Shown here: in pieces, positions 16,232 to 24,000 of the stretch
Position numbering within the stretch: position 1 is the first letter of the stretch
Layout: the number at the start of each line of letters is the position of its first letter
DNA from: a virus
Taxonomy: Duplodnaviria; Caudoviricetes
DNA length: 25,760 nt
IMG/VR virus record: IMGVR_UViG_3300016667_000646
Location: 1-25,760 of that record
Direction: 5' to 3' (one strand)
Translations under genes and position numbers: made by a program
Notes under the pieces: model-generated
Seen by the model: only the letters and a program-made list of their open reading frames with translations
Database searches by the model: none
What the model was told of the DNA's origin: nothing

Positions 16232-17307
16232 CGCTGCAGCTGCTTGGCAATCGCGCGCGCTTTCACAGCAGGGTTCGGAACCTTGCTGTGCCCACGGCCG
16301 GCCCATGTCCCTGTGGCGCGCCCGTGCATAAGCTGGCAGTAGCCTTTCGCGCGCGGACCGAGGTACTTGCTGAGATGCTTGTAGCATCGCGTCCACGCGC
16401 CTTTGGTGCCCCAGCGGATCTTCGCGGCGCCTTTGCCGTGCAGCCAGTATTGACGAAGACGCTCTGCGCCTGCGGCTTTGTTCGCGGCGCTCTTGGCCGG
16501 GCTCTTCGCTGCAAGTAGCGCGAACATCACTGCGGCTTCATCGTCCGCCGCCTGTGCGGCCGCAAGTAGTGAAGAAGCTGAAGCGGTCGTGCTCTTGCTC
16601 TTGCCGTCGAAAGGCTGGCCGGCCGTAGACTGGTCGACTTGCATCGTGACTTTTGCAAGGAGCTCGTCAGCGACCTTGACAAGTGGCGGAGGCTTTACCG
16701 ACTTCAGAGCGTTCAGCCAGCGAGCGTCTTCCTGCCAGCCGCCGTCATGCCGGCGCCAGACTTTCGGTCCTGGCGCTACAGCAATCAGGTCAAGTACTGC
16801 GTTCTTGTCAAGCTCGTCTACGACTGCGACTGTCTGCGCGTTGGCAGGAAGCCCGTCTGTCGGTGAGCCTGCTGCAGCTACTACTGCAGGAGAGATCTCG
16901 TCGGTGTCGGCGTCGATCCACGCTGCAGGAATGACAGGCCTAAGGTAGACGCGGTCGATGCCTTCGTTGAACGCCCGCGCTACGAACGCCGTCTCGTCCG
17001 CGTCAAGCTCCATCCGCTCGTCGCTCCCGGCTTCATCGACCCAGCCGGTATGAGTGTAGACGCCGCCGTCGTAGTCGAGTCCGGTCACGTACTCGAAGCC
17101 GTACTCGTCGACTTCAACGACGCCGTGTGGAAGCACAGTGTCGTCACTCAACGACGCAAGGATCGCGTCTCGCTCGCTCCTGTACGTCTTGCGCGCCCAC
17201 ACAGCGAAGTTGCTCTCACCGTGGCTCAGTACTTCGAGCTCATCGACAGTGTACGAGCCACCACCGAGTACGGCAGGAGCAGGGAATGTGCGCGGAGCTT
17301 TTACCAT
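16228..17307 (-). CDS. Head-associated hypothetical protein with C-terminal 'YWxxGxGAAKIRWGT' domain (359 aa)
   Basis: Acidic body plus a basic C-terminal domain LRQYWLHGKGAAKIRWGTKGAWTRC...KYLGPRAKGYC..MH, recognisable from actinophage head genes. Confidence 0.75.
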   Translation of the reverse strand: MVKAPRTFPAPAVLGGGSYTVDELEVLSHGESNFAVWARKTYRSERDAILASLSDDTVLPHGVVEVDEYGFEYVTGLDYDGGVYTHTGWVDEAGSDERMELDADETAFVARAFNEGIDRVYLRPVIPAAWIDADTDEISPAVVAAAGSPTDGLPANAQTVAVVDELDKNAVLDLIAVAPGPKVWRRHDGGWQEDARWLNALKSVKPPPLVKVADELLAKVTMQVDQSTAGQPFDGKSKSTTASASSLLAAAQAADDEAAVMFALLAAKSPAKSAANKAAGAERLRQYWLHGKGAAKIRWGTKGAWTRCYKHLSKYLGPRAKGYCQLMHGRATGTWAGRGHSKVPNPAVKARAIAKQLQR

Positions 17308-18080
17308 GGGAACTCGACCTCCAGACCTAGAGCAGCAGCACGTTTCTCTACGTACCAGCGCATACCCGGCGAGTCTGTAGCTGCAACAATAGCCTGTTGC
17401 AGGTCATATTCAGTGTCAATCGTGAGCGGGATCTCAATGGCGCTCGCGGCCATCGGTGTCGGGTCTTGACGTGCCGCCTGCCGCGTCGGCTCAGGGACCT
17501 CTGTGCTGGTCTCGTTCAGCTCTACAGGGATCACGGTCCCGGGGACTTGCGCACCGATCATGTCGGCGGCGTCGTACACTTGGATCGCGTTCTCGTGGAC
17601 GTCGATCATGTACGTCGAGTCGAACAGTTCCGGCTCAGTGAACGGGTGCCAGATGCCGTCGTAGCGGACGAACAAGCCGGCGTCAGTAGCCAGCAGCAGC
17701 GTCAGCACCATGTTGTCGTCTTCGTCGATGACTGCTTGCAGTTCCATGTTCTCAGTTCCGATCTGGCCGGTAGCGAGGGCGGCTAGTACTTGCACTGGCA
17801 GGTCGAACCCGAAAGCTCCTGCAAGTGCGGCGTCCGACGGCCTGATTGCGCGCGCGGTAAAGATTGACCCGCTTACACCGCGCCACACTACCATGTCGCG
17901 GTCGTTGTACATGATCTCTTGCGTCGGGTAGTAGTGGACTTCTTCAGGGTAGACGACTTCAGCTTCAGTGATGCCGTCGTCGCCTTCTACGAGCTGCATC
18001 GACACGCCAAGCCTGACTTCTTTGCCTTCAGCTCCGCCGTCGCGCTCGAGAGCGAAAGGCGAGATCTTCAGCTTGTTCAT
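17301..18080 (-). CDS. Acidic hypothetical protein (259 aa)
   Basis: ATGA overlap with the giant gene and a GGAGG RBS. C-terminal helical module IDTEYDLQQAI...RWYVEKRAAALG...PW. Confidence 0.75.
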   Translation of the reverse strand: MNKLKISPFALERDGGAEGKEVRLGVSMQLVEGDDGITEAEVVYPEEVHYYPTQEIMYNDRDMVVWRGVSGSIFTARAIRPSDAALAGAFGFDLPVQVLAALATGQIGTENMELQAVIDEDDNMVLTLLLATDAGLFVRYDGIWHPFTEPELFDSTYMIDVHENAIQVYDAADMIGAQVPGTVIPVELNETSTEVPEPTRQAARQDPTPMAASAIEIPLTIDTEYDLQQAIVAATDSPGMRWYVEKRAAALGLEVEFPW

Positions 18081-21000
18081 ACTGCACCTCCGGCAGCAGC
18101 AGCTTCAGCGCCGGCCGCGGCTTCAGTCGCATCGCCGAGGCCAAGAAGGTCTTCCACTGTCACTACGACATCAAGGTCGGCACCGAGTGAAGTAAACTTG
18201 TCATCGGCCTTCGCGGCTGGCACGATGATCTCTTCAATCGGCCGTCCGCCGATGCTTGTGACACCGCGCTCTTTCAACGCTGTGAGCAGCTTGTCTCGGT
18301 CTGCACCTGCAAGCAGGATGTAGCCGATCTGCGTAGCGTCAAACTTGCGCTTGATCATGTACTCGTTGTTGCTGGCAGTAGGAGTAGCTACGGCCATCCT
18401 GTTCTGCTCGCTTCGGCGGCCCCAGGCGTCACCGTTGTTGAAGTAGCCGTCCAGGGTCCGGTTCACCGCTATCGGCGACAGCACGATACTTCCGCCGAGG
18501 GTCGTGCTGGTACGCCCACGTATGTACACGCGGTCGCCAGAACCGATACTTGCGTCTGCACTTGTCGACCATCCGCTAGTAGCGATGCCGATCGACCAGC
18601 GCTCATCTGCGCCGAAGAGTCCAGTAGAAGTCATCCCACCAAGGATCTCGGTCAACTGTTGCACTCCACCGCTAAGCGAATGAGTAAAGAAGCGAGTGCC
18701 TTGCTTCTTTGTCACAGCTTCTGCAACGCGCCTGCTGATGACAGGGAACACGCGGCCGTCTTCCATGACGACGTACTCGATGTCTTTCAGCGTGATGCGG
18801 TCATCGCCGCTGAGCCCGATGCGTGAAGACGCTTTCGCCAGTGCGTCTTTTACCGTAGCGTCATCTTCAGAGATGACGTCGATCTTCTCGTCGAGCTTTT
18901 CTCTGTGGCTGAACGTCGCGCTGAACTGCTTGTTGAACTTGTTGATCGCGAGCCGTGCCAGCTGCTCTGCGTCTGGCGGCACTTGTGACTCTGGCGGGAT
19001 TCCAACGGCCTCAAGAGCTTGTGACATGGCTGACGCGAAGACCTCGGTGTCAAGGCCTTCACCTTCCTGGTAGTACTGCTCAAGCGGCACACGGATGCGC
19101 ACATCACGCGCCATTGAGTTGCGCCGCGGCGAAGACTCAGAGGTTGTGCCGTGCTTTGAAGCTACCCCGCTGAACTTGACTACCGTTCCATCAGGAAGTG
19201 TCCGACGCACAGTGACACCCTGCCCGGAAAGTGAAAGGTTAGAACCGGCTTCTGTCGAAGGGCTCAAGTGCGCTACGCCGTTCTCATCAACGTGAATGCC
19301 GCTAGGGTACGCAGATCCAATCGCGTTGGCTACTTGCTCCCACCCTGCGAGGCTTGCACCTTCACTGAGTGACCACGAACCCGAAGATGTCGAGATGACA
19401 AGGTCAGGGTCCCACTCAATCACCGCAATGCTTGCACCGTCGCGCTGCTCAAGGTCGATGTACGCGTACTCTCCGGTGTGAAGCAGCACCTGCGCTCGGT
19501 ACACCGGGAAACTGCCGCGTGTAGAAGTACCGACAAGCACCGGCGCGCTTGTGATTCGTGCGTTGGCGACGTCCGAGTTAGAGCTCGGGCGCAGCACACC
19601 GTACTCTTGCGAGTATGAGACTGAGATGTAGTCGCCTTCTACAAGCTCGCTCGGGTACACAAGTCCTTGCATCGACCAGCCACCGAGTTGGGTAGAGCTA
19701 GACGTGAACATCTGGTCAGCGAGAGCTTCAGACGCTTCTTCCTGCAGGTGGAACCGAGCTTCTACGTACTTTGTGCCGTCGGTACCTTGCACGACTTGGA
19801 ACCGTACAAGGGTGTCTTCAACTAGGCGCTCGTCCATCAAAGCGTACCGTACACCGCCGTTCGCTTTCGGGTCTTCGGTGTTCATGATGACAGCCTCTGC
19901 TGCCTCGACGACGGACAAGACCTTAGAGTTGCCTTCCATGCCGGCAGGCTTTGAAGTCAGGTCGCCTTTGCCGCCAGTGATAGCCGGTGCACCGCCGGCG
20001 ACAGTCTTCTTCTTCTTGCTCTTGACTTTCGGCGGCTCTGGGAACGTGCCACGTGGCACATCTGCGCCGTCAAGGCCGCCCGTGAACGGGACTAGCTCTT
20101 CAACTTTGCCGCCTTCGACGACGATCTTTGGCGCTAGCTCTTGCTTCTTCTTCGCAATGACTTCTACAGCGTCGATAGCGTTGCCGGCCGGCTCGACCGC
20201 AAGGATCGGGCTCACTTTCTCACTCGAAGGCTGGAATACGATCTGCACGCCGTTGTCATCGTCAGTAGAGACAAGCACTCCAAGTTTCTGGATGTTGCCG
20301 CCTACGTACGTGCCTTTGAAGAAGTCTTCTGCTCTGCCGGAAGACATCCACTTAGGCTCGTTGCTCCATCCGACGCCGCTGCGCCAGACTCTGCCGTCAG
20401 GAGTCACAGCGATGACGTATGTCTGCCCGCGCTTGCTCTTCGTGCCGACTTCAGTTACGTAGTAGATTGAAGACCCGTTCGGTACCGAGCTCAGTTCTAG
20501 CGTCTTGCCGTTGAAGACGAATGTGATGTTGTCGATCTGGCCGTAGTCGCCGTTGTACGAAGCGACGTCAAGTGTCAGCATGTCGACACTGCGGCTCTTG
20601 AGCTTCTCTGGCTCTTCAGGGTCGTAGACCAGCACCGCGTTCTTGTTCGGCTGCCTCTTTGCGATGATAAGACGCGTGCCAGACCTGTCAACGACAGGCA
20701 GTCCGACCTCTGGGATGTAGCCGTCGAACGTCAAGACACCGCCGTGCTCTACATAAGCAGCAATCTTGTCCGGCGCTTGCAAGACTTCTACGCCGGCGAG
20801 CTGCAAGTCCGGCTCTACCTTGCCGCTCTTGAGAGTTGCAGCCGTTGCAGCTACTGCCGGGATGTCGCCGCCGCCGGGCGCCTCGATCACCTTTGTGACT
20901 TTGATCGACCGCCACATGACCTTGCCGGTCTTTTCGTCTTTGACTTTGATGTAGCCGGCGTCGTTGATCGCAGTGATGTAGCCGACAATGACCTTGCCAG

Positions 21001-24000
21001 ACTTGCCGGACTCGACCTTCATTCCGATGACAGGTTGATTACCATCAGCAGTCACGTACTTCTCTGGCGTCTTTGCCATTGCTTCAATGACTGCCTCAGG
21101 CAGGTCGCCGACCGGCACATCGACTTTGACGACAGGCTCTGTCGGTCCGCTGATGTCTACAAGTGCCGCAGTGTCGACGATGTCCATTCGGCCGTCGTCA
21201 AACTTGACGAACACATAGTCGTTACGAGACGGGTGCACGCTGCCGACGATGACACCTTCAGCGCCATCAATCGCGTACCGGACTTTCATACCTGTCTCGA
21301 CTTTTGAGCCGTCAGCAAGCTTGCCGGTCTTCCAGACGATCGCGGCTTTCTTGGCTTTCGCTTTCGCGCTCTTCTCTGCGACTTCGTGAGCTTGCGCCGG
21401 CGGGATGACGATGTAAGGCTGGACCGCAGCGCGAATCTTGCTTGCGTAGCCTTCTACTTTGATCGGCTGTCCAGTTGCAGTGAACCTAGGGTCCAGTGTC
21501 ACACTACGGCCATCGTAGTAGTCTTTCTGCCACGTGCCGACCTGCATGCCGTCAACTACGACAGTCCCGTCTTTCTTCAGCGTCGGCGGCCCACTAGGAA
21601 CTCCAGGAGGCGCGATTCGGATGATCCGAGCACTTTCAGCGCTGTAGCGCTTCAAGCCGTCAGAGCCTTCAATAGCCGTCGCAAAGTCTGTGAACTCTAG
21701 CGTGCTAGAGTAGCCGGCGTTTGCCTCGGCCGAGATAGCCCTGCCAGTGACAGTCTCTACTTCAAACTTAGTGAACACGACGACGCCGTCGATCTCTTCT
21801 GTCTCTACCGCCGTCACGCGCACTGGCATTCTTGCGTAGTTTGACCGACGAGATGTCGGGTTGAGGACTACCCACATGCCGGGCTTGATCTGCGTTCCGT
21901 CAAGGACGCCGATGAACGACACTCCACTGGCTTCCGGCGTAAAGTCTACTGCGTCAGGAGAGCCTTGAAGAGGGTCTTGTGGCCGCGGAAGACTCGCTTT
22001 CTCTCCTGCAAGTCGAACTGCCTCTGGCACTTCGCCGGTGCCGAACACTTCTTTCTCAGTGACCGTCGAAGGCTGCTTCGTCATAGCGAGAGTGAGTGCC
22101 GAGTCAAGCGCGGCTTCAGCGTCTTGAATCAGTTTGACGCGTTCTTTCTTAGCACGCCTGAGTGCTAACGGTTGAGGAGATGTGTCTGCAGTGACTTCTA
22201 GTACGCGCGGAAGAACGTCTGGTGCAGACCGAGACAAGTCGATGTCTTCAATGTCGATGACAAAGTCGCCTTCCCAAGTGACCTCGGTCTTAGTCCCTTT
22301 CCCGGTCTTGACAAGTTTGACACCTTTAGGAAGATCGACGTAGCTCTTATGCGTGTCGTCGCTGCCGCCGAACAGCTGAGTAGCAGACGTGCTTCCTTCT
22401 TGCGCCTCCCAAAGCCTTCTAGCCGTCGTGTTGCCGAGGTCTACAAGTCGCAGTCTGCCATCTTCAGTCACTTCCCAGACATCTTCGGTGCTTGACCACT
22501 TCGTACGCGGTTGAATGCGCACGCGCGAGCCAGGCGGAAGAGACTTGACAGCTTTGAGGTCACCGAAACTGTCTTTGCCGCCGTCCTGCGTGAACAGCTC
22601 ATACGGCTTGAGAGTCGAGTAGTAGCTCTGTTTGCTGGACGAGTACAGTACTTTCGGCACCGCTCGAGAGTCAGGCAGCGCAACTACAAGACTGCGGCTG
22701 CTGTGTGGGTTGCTGAACCCGCCGCTGTACGTCGAGTAGTAAGAGTAGGTGCCTTCAAGCAAGAAGTCCCACGCGTGGAACGTCACACCGCCAAGGCTTG
22801 ACTCTCCGTAGACCCACACCGAGTCGCCACCGTCAGGAGTGCCGTCTTCTTTCAAGTTCAGTGGCCGGCGCCAAGTGTTGCTAGTAGGTTGGAACCTGCT
22901 CGCCAGCGCGCCGTCTGGACTGCCGTACCCGCGCAAGAACTCATTGACAGCCGCTTGCCGTGCATCGGCGACCAGCAAGTCAAGCAGCTCTTTCTCTTCT
23001 TCATCCGGGTCGAGCAAGAGACCTAAAGTTGCGGTAGCTACAAAAGACTCGTGGTCATGGACTTTGTCCATCCCAACTGCTTGCGCGCTGAGGAACGTGC
23101 TGCGCGGAATGTCGACGACTTCATCAGTGACAAGGTCCCGCATCCTGACAGTCGGAGAAGCCAGGACATCTTTGACAAGAGGCTCTGCCAGCTCGCCGGG
23201 CCCCATGACTTCGAACAGATGCCCTCCGACAAGGACCATCCTGCCGACAAACTCCGGCTTGACGCCGGTCTCAGGATCGAGCATCTCGTCAACACTCATC
23301 ATGTTGTCGCGCGAGACTACTTCTGCGACAGACTTGCCTTCGAACTGCTGCAAGCCCATGATGCCGTCAGACAGCGCCTTTGTCGCTTGCTCGAGCCACT
23401 CTTCAGTGTCTTTGTCGCCCCGGTACCAGACGCCGTTCTTCTCATCCCACAGCCACTGCAGCGCCGCGTCTTCAGTCGCGATCTTGACTTTCTCGTCGGT
23501 GTCAAGGTCAGCAGTCTCTGTCGGATTGTCCGCGACGACTGCAGGCACTAGCGGGTCTGTACCCGCCGCCTTGAGCTCTTTTGCTTTCTTCTCAGCTTCA
23601 GCGACTTTCTCAAGCAGGTTGCGGCGCTCAAGCTCTACTGTGAGCATCTGGCCGAAGTCAGCTTCTTTGCCTTCACTCACTGCGTAGTTGACCAGCGTCG
23701 TCGCGGCTTCAAGCAAGTACTCGTCGCTGAAGTTCTCAAGACCCGTCTTGTCGACGTTAGTGAAGTCAGGGCTGTAAGGGTCTTGGCCGTCGAGCACGTT
23801 GTCGATGATGTATGCGCGCCGCGCGATCAGTGTCAGCGCCAGGCTCTCGTCGAGACCGTGAGCTTCAACATACTCTTTGATGGTGTCAGGATGGATCCCA
23901 GCGACTTTGCGCGCGCCTGCTTGCAACTCTTCCGTAGTGATGCCGCCGAACACTCGTGCAGACTGCGCGTTGACGCTCTTGTCGCGAAGCGTCTCGAGCT

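Noticed and set aside
16232-16396. 55-aa N-terminal extension of ORF 15146..16396
   Set aside because: It overlaps the conserved C-terminal domain of the upstream gene; the ATG at 16231 gives ATGA coupling and starts the recognisable domain.
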